A DNA stretch of 64,000 bases, from contig OX597823.1 of assembly GCA_951406725.2 (NCBI GenBank), forward strand, positions 39,928,001-39,992,000, written 5' to 3'. Of the stretch, positions 12,290-24,365 are shown one piece after another. A program made the translations under genes and the position numbers. The notes under the pieces were generated by a model, which did no database searches, was not told the origin of the DNA, and worked only from the letters and a program-made list of their open reading frames with translations. This stretch comes from Octopus vulgaris. Taxonomy: Eukaryota. Every line of letters begins with the position of its first letter. The first letter of the stretch is position 1.

Positions 12290-12720
12290 ATCTGAAAGCT
12301 CTGCACTGAATGGATAACGTTTTATGATTGAATAAAGTTTGGTTTCATCATTTTATTGTCGTGCAGTTACTGTTTATACCTCGTCCAGAGATTTATTATT
12401 GCTTGCATACAGTTTTTCGAGATCAGTGACGAAAAGTTACTGGAAAAACGATATAAGTATTTGCATTGGGACTCCTTTCATCGAAAACCGGTAATTGTCG
12501 TACGCTGATGACATGTCAATACCTAGAAACTGCAGTCCGTGCGTATCACTTAGGTTGACGAGGGAAGGATGACCTCCCTTTGCAAATACCTTAAGGGCAC
12601 AGAAAGTGTGCCTAAAGCCAGCTGGAGACGATGTTCTCCTGGGGCTACAAGCTACAGTAACACCCACCCTTAGTGGTTAGCCATATTGAGATGGCAAGTA
12701 TACCTCACATAACATTTTAT
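12290..12720 (-). mobile_element. Heavily deleted non-LTR reverse transcriptase fragment
   Basis: ORF 12437-12667 contains AGFR ... LGIDMSSAYD ... GVP, collapsed RT motifs; CpG-rich relative to its flanks. Confidence 0.5.
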
Positions 12721-12844
12721 AGACTCCATGCAAATGAATCAAAGTTCCAGGATTAAAGTTTATTTGTTATTTGTGGGGATGACTTCATGAGACAATAGGT
12801 ATAAAGTGGGTTCATTGGGAAAACTATAAAACAACTTGTACTTG

Positions 12845-13375
12845 TATTGGGTCATCTCATAAATAATGCGGTTTTTTCTACTTCTTTTATTTTTCAAAAT
12901 TAAGATAAACAAAGTTCTTTTTTAATCTAAAATATACTCTCCTTCATTTTCTTCAATGATCTTCCATCTATCTGGTAGACTTGCAAGGTCCCTCTTCCAA
13001 AATTCAATTATGTCAGTGACAAAATTCATTTATCAGTACTGTTCTGACCTCGTCTACAGAATTCATATTTTTTCTGTTCAAATGATTGAAGACTGTGGAA
13101 TAAATGCTAACCAGATGGGGCAATGTCCCATGAATATGGTGGATGGAGCATTGTTTCCCAGTCAAACTGCTCCAACCTTTGGAATGCCATCCTTGCTGTA
13201 TGTAACTGAGCATTATCCTGATGGAAAAACACCTTTTGTCTTGGAACCAAAGATGGTTGTTTTCTTCTTGTGCTGAATTAAGTAGAAATGCTTTGTTATC
13301 GTTTGGTTTGGGTTTAAAAGTTCAAAGTGGACTAAACCTTTTACATTCCACCAAACAGATAGCAACACCTTAAAA
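12845..13375 (-). mobile_element. mariner transposase 3' remnant with TIR
   Basis: KVLLSVWWNVKGLVHFELLNPNQTIT ... HQDNAQLHT ... HPPYSWDIAPS; terminus TA|TTGGGTCATCTCATAAATAATGCG. Confidence 0.85.
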
Positions 13376-13384
13376 TATCGGGCA

Positions 13385-13495
13385 GTGTGGGTTATGGTCT
13401 TGTCACCTGTATCATAAATCAGGTAGTTCATGAAGAGGTTATACCCAATGTCTGGTGTAGCAGCACCATAGTCAATTGCTACAAGGGGAAAGGTG
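13385..13495 (+). mobile_element. RTE LINE RT N-terminal fragment
   Basis: VGYGLVTCIINQVVHEEVIPNVWCSSTIVNCYKGKG resembles IPxDWxxSxIVxxYKGKGD. Confidence 0.7.
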
Positions 13496-14624
13496 TATGT
13501 GTGTGTGTGTGTGTACACATATATGTATGGGTTGGTTGGAGTTTACCGAGGCAAATTTTTTATGGCTAGATGTCATTGTAACCAAACTTAGCCTGTCTCC
13601 ATGCAAGGTAATATATACTTCATGGCCAAAAATGTTATTGCAGAATATTGAAAAATGAATGACATTGCTTGTAATAACAGTAACAATCATTTACAACTAT
13701 CACATGCTGTCAAAACAAAGAAACATAAACATCCCCCCCCCACACACAGACAGTAGAACTGACCCTGAAACCATTTGATGGGGAAGTAAATTTATTTACC
13801 ATTTCTCCACAAAACAAATATATGTAGAAATGCTGAAGTCACTTTCAATACATCTAATATCTTCCATTCTCGTTATACAAAAACCATCAAGCCTCAAACA
13901 TCATCATTGAGCATCTATGTTGCATACTGTCATGGGTTAGATAGTTTGACAGGTTAGGATCCAATGGGTACAAGGACTGCATTGTATTCCAGTGTCTACT
14001 TTGGCATAGTTTCTAGAGCTGAATGCTCTCCCTAATACCAACAACATTACACCATGTACTGGGTACATTTTTGTACCACCAGCAAGACTATAAACCCCAA
14101 TTAGGCAGCAAAGAGATGAGGAGTAAAAGTGTGAAAGAAGGGACCAGAGTAGAATAAGCTTCTTGCTGTTGAGGAGCTACAAGACTAACTACTCACATTT
14201 TAGAAAAGAGACAGAGTGATCAAGGTGGCATTGGATACACAATAAAATATGCTGAATGGAGAGTCTTCTTAAGGTATGGGCTGGGCAGTTACCCAGATAC
14301 GGAAGGCTTGACTGACACTGATCTATGCATGGTTGTATATGTAGGGGTCACCATGTACTGCATTCTAAGGGAGAGGTTTCTATAATACTACTAAGACTGT
14401 ACTGGGTGTGACATGTGGTGCATATTACAATATTTTAGTGTAAAATTTTCTAGCAACGAAAATTTAACAGGAAATGGCAGGTGCAACTTATACACAAATA
14501 AATACAATATATCTGAAATTCGTTTAAGAAATCCTCACAACAAGACAAAGTTTAGCCTTTATCAGTATACAGGGACATGGAATAATCTATAGATGTAAAA
14601 TATAACTGAATAATTAGTGTTTTC

Positions 14625-14836
14625 TTTTTAATCTTTTACTTGTTTCAGTCATTTGACTGTGGCCATGCTGGAGGACCGTCTTTAGTCGAGCAAATCGACC
14701 CCGGGACTTATTCTTTGTAAGCCCAGTACTTATTCTATCGGTCTCTTTTGCCGAACCGCTAAGTGACGGGGACGTAAACACACCAGCATTGGTTGTCAAG
14801 CAATGCTAGGAGAACAAACACAGACACACAAACACG

Positions 14837-14920
<84 letters not shown>

Positions 14921-15093
14921 CATATATACGACAGGCTTCTTTCAGTTTCCGTCTACCAAATCCACTCACAAGGCATTGGTCGGCCCGAGGCTACATAGCA
15001 GAAGACACTTGCCCAAGATGCCACGCAGTGGGACTGAACCCGGAACCATGTGGTTGGTAAGCAAGCTACTTACCACACAGCCACTCCTGTGCC
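14625..15093 (-). mobile_element. tRNA-headed SINE family A with internal (TA)n/(TG)n core
   Basis: GGAGTGGCTGTGTGGTAAG...GGTTCAGTCCC (A and B boxes), CTTGGGCAAGTGTCTT, internal microsatellite, tail GACTGAAACAAGTAAAAGA. Confidence 0.9.
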
Positions 15094-15616
15094 TATGTTA
15101 ACAAAGAAATGATAAAATCAAGTCATGAAATATAAAGGAAATATAACAGACAGGAGACAATGAAGAAACATGAAACTACAAGAAACTGTTTATTTAAGCA
15201 GGAAAGAGTCTGGTCAATCACTCTGACAGGTCTGATGAGAATAAAATGATAGGGAAATGTCTGAAAACAAACAATAAGCTGATGTGATAAGCAACCTGTA
15301 TAAAATAGGAATAAAAAAAAAAACCATCAGAAATAAGACTGAGAACTGAAGAAGTCAACTTCGGAACCTTTTAGAGTCAAAACTATAAGGTCATTGTCTT
15401 GTTTTCTAGAAGGTTCAACAAGTTTCCTATCTAACCATAATGATATTTATCTATTGTCCCACCAACTGCTTTTGTTGCTATCAACTGCATATAAATTCCT
15501 CCCCCACTGTACCCCCTCATATCCTCCATCCAATCTTCCACCATTGTTTTTTTTTTTTATATAGCCGCCATGGTATAATCCCCACCTGCGAATATCTACA
15601 TGCATACATACACACA

Positions 15617-15651
<35 letters not shown>

Positions 15652-15665
15652 GGACGCGTGCACGT

Positions 15666-15699
<34 letters not shown>

Positions 15700-16718
15700 C
15701 CACACACACAACCACACACATACAATCACACACACAGACACACACACAAACCCACACAACCACACACATACAATCACACAACCACACACGCATGCACCAC
15801 ACACAAACCCACACAACTACACAACTACACAGATAAATTGTAGCCTGAATTGTTGTAGACAACTTCTTGTAGCCAACTTCACCTAGAGCCCTCCACCTTA
15901 CCCATCATATTTTTTAATTATCTATGCATTTTATGTATTTTGTGTGTGTGTTTTGTCTCCTCAGTGTCTTTCATTACTTCCTGCAAAAGAGAATAAAATG
16001 ACTATTGTTTTTTTTAGTTCTTGTTCTTTTTGTTAGCTTTCCTTCTCATTGTCTATCTAGGAGTTTATATATAAGATTAATCTTTAATTGTCAACAATAT
16101 CAGAGCCTTTCCTTCCCTCTCATTAAACAAAAGTACATCCAAAAAAGACAGGTATTTATTATGCCAAGTTAAGGTCAAAGATAACAATAATGTTAGTTTA
16201 AAAAAAAACAAAAAAAACTAACCCCTTCTAAGAGAGAAGGTCAGCTTACAATTGTAATAAACTGACAAGTTACCTTTCCCTTGATGACAGGGATTATTAC
16301 CCGCTCAGTGCTAACAATAGAGAGTTAAATGTTGTCAAAAGTACACCTAAGAACTATATTATACAGTAAGATATAATATTTCATTGTTGTTGGATGTTAA
16401 GGGAAGGGAAGATTTTGTGAAACAGCAAATGCCAAAAATGAACATTATTACCATGAAAATGGTTTCGCTTCTTTTTTTCCTTTTAATGCATTTCTGCAGA
16501 CACACACACACACACACACACACACAAAGATGGGCTCTTTCAATCTCCATCTACCAAGCCCAATCACGACGCCTTCATTGACCTGAGGTTATTGCAGCAG
16601 AAAACACTTGCCCAAGATACCATGTAGTGAGACTGAACATACAACCATATTATTAGGAAGCAAACTTCTTAACCACACAGCCATTCCTACACCTATGATA
16701 TATATATATATAAATAGC

Positions 16719-16750
<32 letters not shown>

Positions 16751-16752
16751 GC

Positions 16753-16796
<44 letters not shown>

Positions 16797-17067
16797 TCAG
16801 CAAAATTTAGATTCAAATGAATATGGTACTTAAGACAGATGGCACCAGAACTTTGTACGGTGTTATCCCTTATAAATCCATGGAGTGATTATAATCAAAG
16901 TAAGCAACAAGAATATCTTCGGTAATTTGGTACGATCGTTTCATGCTACCTCTATGAATGGCTGAAGATATTTTAAAACTGATGTAATACTTACAATGTT
17001 TAATAAAATGATGTAGCATGAAATGATCGTACCAAATTACCGAAGATATTCTTGTTGCTTACTTTGA

Positions 17068-17101
<34 letters not shown>

Positions 17102-17134
17102 ATATATATATATATCTTAGAGAAAGAGAGAGGA

Positions 17135-18003
17135 ATTATGAGTTAGAGGTTATGCAACCAGCTAAGGAATAAAAGTATCTGCAGGCACTACTGGTGTATT
17201 ACCTAACTATGTATAGGCCTTGCAGTAAGGTTAACAGTAGATAGTAATTTAAAGGGTAAACCATGGTTTAATATATTCAGATAAGTTAAGAGAAGAAATA
17301 GAGCAACAGGTAACAATTCGAAGTTGATCATTAGTATTGAATGATCATAGTTTGATTATGGTTACGATAAAATTTACAGCTGTTTCAGTTTATTATTTTT
17401 GAGGTAAACTTGCATTTATCTCGTTCCATGTAACAAACATCATCAGAATGATTTGAACTTTACAAGAGGAATATTGACAGGAGAAAAAAGGAAAAAAGAA
17501 AAGGTTTGTTAGGTCTTTAAGCATACATTTTTGTATCCTTAAAAGATGGCATGTGTTCGTACAGTTGTTTCAAGTAGATGAATGGAGCAGTAAGTGGGGA
17601 AAATGACCAGTTGACTGGCGGTGTTAGTTGAAAGAATTATACCTGGTAGTAATATCCAGTATTATTAATCATAACAAATACCGCTATTTGTGTCCACTAG
17701 ATAAGTCCCGATGATTACAAATAACGGCCTAGTTAAAAATTAAGGACACTCTTAAAAGTTTAAGAGTGATATGCGGTATAAATCTGGGTTATGTAAATAG
17801 GTATACTCTTTTACTTGTTTCAGTCATTTGACTGCGGCCATGCTGGTGCACCACCTTTAATCGAGCAAATCGACCCCGGGACTTATTCTTTGTAAGCCCA
17901 GTACTTATTCTATCGGTCTCTTTTGCCGAACCGCTAAGTGGCGGCGACGTAAACACACCAGCATCGGTTGTCAAGCAATGCTAGGAGGACAAACACAGAC
18001 ACA

Positions 18004-18043
<40 letters not shown>

Positions 18044-20290
18044 CGACGGGCTTCTTTCAGTTTCCGTCTACCAAATCCACTCACAAGGCTTTGGTTGGCC
18101 CGAGGCTATAGTAAAGTGTTGTTATGTGTGGCCAGGGTTTACTACTCATTAATGTAATCAAAACAAATCAACACGGATAGAAAAGGAAAAATCACTCATT
18201 TAATTGTATATATGTTAATGGCAGCATTAGCAATTAGTATGTTAGTCAGTGATCTAACTTTAATTTGAATATATTAAAGACAATTATAGCTCTGGGTTTA
18301 CATCATGCAACTCAGATAAATAATTCAGTTAGTCGAAAATATAATTGTGATTTATATTATATTATATCATGCTATGTGGTAAGAGGGTGGGTCAAAGGGA
18401 GGTAATCATAGGTTAGACAAGTCAGCTAATAAACTGTAATGTAAAGGTAGGTATTAGCATTGGTTTAAAGAATAATAATTTATCTTTATGTAAGCATGTG
18501 AAGTTTTTCTCATGCTCGTTTATTATGCTTTTCTCATCTTGTTTATAAGTAATTCTGATTTGACCATTAAAATGAAGAATTTCTCATTTATTTCTCACTT
18601 ATGCATAAATTGCAGCATTTATTTTTATGGTTGTATGAAGATGTTTTGGTTAGGATGTACCATTCTAATCTATAATTAATGTTATTATCTTTAAGTTCCC
18701 AGATGTAACTGCTTAATCCAGTAGAGTTAGCCTTATTTCTATTCCTGAAGCTTGAGAGATGGGATTTTAATTATATCCGAGTTTCATTTCATTTTTAGTT
18801 GCTTCTATATAAGTATTCTTGTAATTATTAGAGAATACATCACGTTGGTAGATTACAATCTTAGTTTTACGTTTATTCATGAATTCACAATGCAACTACA
18901 TAGATTAGTAAGATTATCTGTGCGGATAATATAGTGAGGGGCATTATCATTTATAAGGTGGTTGTCTGTATTTTTAGAGGGCGAGTTATTTGGGGGACTG
19001 CTTATTATACCAATCGACTGGTTGTTGTGGTTATTATTGTTATTCTTCCTAGTTTTGTGGAAGGAGTCTATCTTTTTATAGTTAATAGAGGTTATAATAG
19101 TAGCTATGTTGCTAGTTAGGCTATGGCCTATTCTAATTTTATTACAAAAGATTTCTGAGTATTTTGCATTCATATTAAAGTGCTTATTTATAAGGTTCAT
19201 TATAGATTTAACTACATTGGTTTTTAGTTGCATCGTGAAAAGGATTATTACCCAGATGTTATCATTTTTCTGCTTAGTAAAAGAAATACGAAATTCTTTT
19301 ACTAATGACCTGAACAAGTCCTCTTAGTGGTTGCTATGTGCATTTATATAATTGAGGTTGGTATTAGGTTTAATGTATGGTTCGTCTAATCCCATGGTTA
19401 AATTACAATTGGCATCTAAGTAGTTAATAGAATTATAGTCTTTCTCTATTGTGATAGTTAATTCAAACCGTTTAAAGAAGTTGTTTAATTTCTTCTTTAA
19501 TAGTTCAAGCCTCCTATTGGAGGTGTTTTTAAGGATAAATAGCACATCATCTCTGTAAAGGCCTCCCTTAATCTCTGGGAATTCATCATATAAATGAGAT
19601 AATAGGTAAATACCCACTAAATCAGATACTTGTATTGAATCTGGGGCCCCCTTTGTGATCTCGAAATTATTGTGGTGTTCTTCCTTACCCACAGCATATT
19701 ATCGAATTTTATTATAGATTTCATAGATTCTATGATTACCTTAATTTCATTCATAGTCAATTTGGTATATTTTTTGGTAAAAATCAGAGCACTATTTAGA
19801 ATTGTAGGATTAACTGATGAATAGTAGTTGTCTATGTCTTTTTGTAGGAATTTATAACTATTTTTATTTCGTATATTGGAGAACCAATTAAGGGTGTCGT
19901 GGGTGTTTGACCATAATTCTAGAGTGATCCTGTTTTTTATAGTATGAATATATTTATCTAGGATTAATTTACTTAGCTTGCATAGGTCGGATTTATTAGG
20001 GCAGATTAGTCTAGCTTTCATATCAGTTAAGAAATTTTCTTCGTGGACCTTGGTTGTTATGCGGGGTCTCAAAGGTGTGAAAGGTTCAGTTTTGTCTTCT
20101 AAGTTTGTAATCAGTCATAATCTTCTTGGTGGATAAGTTCATAGATCTTAGAGTGTTATTAGGCACTATTTTGTATTTTTCTATGATTTCTTTACGCAGA
20201 AGCTGGTGGTATAAATTAATATCCAAATTATATGAGTTCCTGGTTTTGTCAGAGTGTACAGTAGTTCCCTTTTGTCCTATAAGTTTCTTT
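17135..20290 (-). mobile_element. Decayed Penelope-like element (Naiad-type): RT plus C-terminal GIY-YIG endonuclease and 3' pLTR region, interrupted by a SINE at ~17806-18112
   Basis: Frameshifted ORFs 19617-20072, 19324-19692 and 18877-19317 give ARLICPNKSDL, DIDNYYSS, FEITKGAPDSIQVSDLVG, GLYRDDVL and YINAHSNH. Downstream manual translation gives CSC..CEFMNK..VIYQ..TYIEAT..SHLSSFR..STGLSSYIWELK..W.I..Y..CNLC..EK..TCLHK, the GIY-YIG layout. Clade assignment is from motif recall. Confidence 0.88.
17806..18112 (-). mobile_element. SINE family A, head truncated, inside the Penelope element
   Basis: Near-identical to 14625-15000. Confidence 0.88.
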
Positions 20291-20456
20291 GGTATGTATT
20301 ATTCCTTAGTGGGTGTCTGAATACACACACACACACACACACTCACACACACATACGTGCATGCACACACACATACGTGCATGCACACACACACACACAT
20401 ACACGTACATACATACACACACACACACATGTATGTATATATATATATGAAGCACA

Positions 20457-20490
<34 letters not shown>

Positions 20491-20494
20491 CATA

Positions 20495-21113
20495 CAGTAT
20501 TCAATGGGTAAACTATTATCATTTTATACTTTTAATTTCATGCATGCATATTGTTTGTTTTCGATTTTGCTGACTATACAGTATAGTAGGGTCAGTTGGG
20601 CACCATCTGTGAGAAAAACAACACCATGATGCAATTCACTCAGCCAGAAATTTGGAAATGACATGCTGTATGGCTTAGCATTGATGCTGAAAGTTCACAT
20701 ACAAACATTTCAGAGAGCTTGAGTGTCAATCTGAGGGCAATACAATCTGAGGACATATACTGAGAGTGATAAAAATCAAACATCCGGTCAACATCATGGT
20801 GTTTAGAATGATCACTAGTGATGGCGATGTTATGCTTCCATTCATCTTTCCACATGGCCTCAGACTGGACATGGAGGCTTACATCAAGTATCTAGAGCAG
20901 GTAGTGCTCCCCTGTGACCATGCTGGGGCACCACCTTGAAGAATTTTTAATAGAATAAATGAACCCTTTTACTTTTTTTAAATAGTACTCATTCTAATAT
21001 CTCCTTTCATGAACCGCCAAGTTATGGGGATGTTGGTTGCTAAGCAGTGGTGGGGGACAAACACAGACACAGACACACACAAACACACACACACACACAC
21101 ACACACACGTATG

Positions 21114-21146
<33 letters not shown>

Positions 21147-21986
21147 TATGTATGTATGTATGTATGTACATACATACATGAGGGTAGCTGCTGGAAGACC
21201 CTATGTCTGGCAACAGGACTCTGCACTATGCGACAAAAGCAGGAGATCCCAGTCATGGTTGTCAGACAATTTCTGTGACCACATCACTCCTAATATCTGG
21301 CCACCTAACTCCCCAGACTGCGAACCCTTTGATTATTATGTGTGAGGTGCACTTGAGAAAGAGACTAACAGAGCTCCTTGTAACACCAAAAATGAACTGA
21401 AAGCAAGGATTATGGCAGCATTTACCAGTTTAAACAAGGATACCATCTACCAAAAGAGTTGCAGGAGATTCTGAAGTTGTCTGGAGGCCATGATTGAAGC
21501 CAATGGCGATTTTATTGAATAAATTTACTCTTTAGTATTTTGAGATATTTTTATGTAATTTTGGTAAATATATAGGTGCAGGCATGGCTGTGTGGTAAGT
21601 AGCTTATTTACCAACCACATGGTTCCAGATTCAGTCCCACTGCATGGTACTTTGGGCAAGTGTCTTCAACTATAGCCTTGGGCCGACCAAAGCTTTGTGA
21701 GTGAATTTGGTAGACAGAAACTTAAAGAAGCCTGTCATGTGTCTGTGTTTGTCCCACCACCATCAGTTGATAACTGATACTGGTGTGTTTACATCCCTGT
21801 CATTTAGCGGTCCGGTAAAAGAGACCGATGGAATAAGTACTAGGCTTACAAAGAATAAGTCCTAGAGTTGATTTGTTTGCCTAAACAATAAAACAATAAA
21901 GAATAAAGCAATATCTGTTAAAATGAGATGTCGGTGTTATTTTCATTCTTGCGTGATTTAGCCGACAGTTTACTCACCACACCCTA
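20495..21986 (+). mobile_element. Internally deleted DD37D (maT) Tc1/mariner element, carrying two SINE insertions
   Basis: KHPVNIMVFRMITSDGDVMLPFIF ... YVWQQDSALC...WPPNSPDCEPFDYYV, with 37 residues between the last two catalytic Asp. Degenerate CAGGGTG-type TIRs. SINE pieces at ~20912-21110 and ~21574-21905. Confidence 0.85.
21574..21905 (+). mobile_element. SINE family A
   Basis: Same head and body as the other family A copies; nested in the maT element. Confidence 0.85.
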
Positions 21987-22020
21987 CACACATACACACA
22001 TGCTGAAGTCTTACATATAC

Positions 22021-22239
22021 TCTTTACTCTTTTACTCTTTTACTTGTTTCAGTCATTTGACTGTGGCCATGCTGGAGTACCGTCTTTAATCGAGCAACTT
22101 GACCCCGGGACTTATTCTTTGTAAGCCCAGTACTTATTCTATTGGTCTCTTTTGCCGAACCGCTTAGTGACGGGGACATAAACACACCAGCATTGGTTGT
22201 CAAGCAATGCTAGGGGGACAAACACAGACACGCAAACAT

Positions 22240-22272
<33 letters not shown>

Positions 22273-22443
22273 CATATATACGACGGGCTTCTTTCAGTTT
22301 CCGTCTACCAAATCCACTCACAAGGCTTTGGTTAGCCCGAGGCTATAGTAGAAGACACTTGGCCAAGGTGCCACACAGTGGGATGGAACCCGGAGCCATG
22401 TGGTTTGTAAGCAAGCTACTTACCACACAGCCACTCCAGTGCC
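22021..22443 (-). mobile_element. SINE family A (full length)
   Basis: Full head-to-tail match with (TTTTACTC)n tail. Confidence 0.9.
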
Positions 22444-23064
22444 TATATCTTCAGTTTTACATCAGATTTTCTTCCATACTTTAGATGGCATATCAACAAA
22501 AACATTTAAAAAATTCTAACAGAAATACCATTAGTGGTTAGTGTCATGAAACTGCAACAGTGTAAATGTGTAATATCAGTCCCATTTGTTTACATGTGCT
22601 TGATCAATCAGGTTTTATTTTACTGCTGTGGTTTGCCATGTATAAATTTGTTTTCATAATGCAATTTTGATATTTCCGCTCTTTTGTTTAAAAGTTTCAG
22701 ATTGTTTGGTTTGTAATATGGTGTTTCTCTTTAGTGAATAGCTGGCATTACCTCCTTGAGTTTACCTAGGGTGTGTCGCATTCAATATTAATACATTTAT
22801 GCATATAAACAAAGTATGATATGGCTGTGTGACACAGCACAGGCGTGGTTGTGTGAATATAGGCACAGGTGTGGCTGTGTGGTAAGAAGCTTGCTTCCTA
22901 ACCACACAGTTGGGGGTTCAGTCTCACTACATGGCACCTTGGGCAAGTGTCTTCTACTATAGCCTCAGACTGACGAAGGCCTTCTGAGTAGATATGGTAG
23001 ACAGAAACAGGCCCATCTATAAACATACATACATACATACATACATACATACATACATACATGT

Positions 23065-23433
23065 TATGGCTGCCCCCTCATTATCGAGTATGGCCATTGC
23101 ACGAAGCTTAACTGTTACTGGTGCTGTGATCGAATGTGACTTTTTAGCCCAGCTAAAGATCTACAATGTCTTGTATAAAATTGGCAACTAAAACTTTTAC
23201 TGGTAATAGCCGGCTGTAGTTGTAACTGGGCTTCATGTACCTTTGCATGTCGTTTAAGTCCTCCTGCCGAATTACACTCTCTTCCACATGCCCGACAGAT
23301 ATGATTAGTATGGTGTGTTACACCACCACCAGTGGCCAGGTTGTCACTCATCTGTCTCGTTTTATGACTATGAAGATGACTCGTGAGTCCAGCTTTACTG
23401 AGGCAGGGTCTTGCCTCAGTAAAGCTGGACTCA
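23065..23433 (-). mobile_element. RTE-type LINE 3' end with tandem C2H2-like zinc fingers, inserted in the microsatellite core of a family A SINE (22862-23660)
   Basis: AGLTSHLHSH...HICRACGRECNSAGGLKRHAKVH...FSCQFYTRHCRSLAGLKSHIRSQH*, followed by the tail GGCCATACTCGATAATGAGGGGGCAGCCAT and (ATGT)n. Confidence 0.72.
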
Positions 23434-24228
23434 TACATACATTTGTATGTGTGTGTGTCTTTGTGTCTGTGTTTGTCCCCCACCACTGCTTGGCAACCAA
23501 CATCCCCATAACTTGGCGGTTCATGAAAGGAGATATTAGAATGAGTACTACTCTTAAAAAAAAGTACAGGGGTTGATATATTCTATTAAAAATTCTTCAA
23601 GGTGGTGCCCCCAGCATGGCCACAGTTTAATGACTGAATCAAATAAAAAGATGGAAAAAAAAAAGATAAAAAAGATATCTTGCTAGAAAATGCAGCCTTA
23701 CAACCAGTCTACATAATCAACATCATTTCAAAATGTCTGCTTTTCCATACTTTTATGGGTCAGATAGTATTTGTTGAAGCAGATTTTCTATGGCTGAACA
23801 CTTTTCCTGCCATCAAACATTATCTGTCACCAAGCATGGTAAGGTATATTTTTTCACATTCCTTGTATAACAGTGAGACTTGTTTAAAACCATTGTGTGA
23901 TGTGAAGCCATGGAAACACACAAACTCACATGTACATACATATATACATACATACATACATACAAGCATACAAGCATACAAACATACACATAAATATATA
24001 TACACATACATATACACAATGTATACACACAAAAACACACAAAACAAATTGGCCCCAGTATTTTTTGTTTTAAAGGGTGATATCTATTCTATTGGTCTGT
24101 TTTATGAAACTATGTTATGAGGATGTAAATAAACTAACACTGGTTATTAAGCAGTTGTGATGGGAATAGACACAAAAGGGAAAGACACACACACACATAC
24201 TGAAATAAGCCCATCATATACATGTATG

Positions 24229-24307
<79 letters not shown>

Positions 24308-24334
24308 ATGTATGTATATATATGTGTATATATC

Positions 24335-24365
<31 letters not shown>

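Noticed and set aside
16359-16550. Minus-strand MVIMFIFGICCFTKSSLP... as a signal-peptide exon
   Set aside because: No phase-1 GT donor of reasonable strength before the stop.
18480-18920. Selenocysteine (UGA) recoding in the Penelope endonuclease
   Set aside because: Readable Cys positions are TGT/TGC; the TGA ending ORF 18877-19317 is explained by a frameshift.
23115-23486. Host C2H2 zinc-finger gene
   Set aside because: No TGEKP linkers or splice sites; it ends in a LINE-like tail and sits inside a SINE microsatellite.
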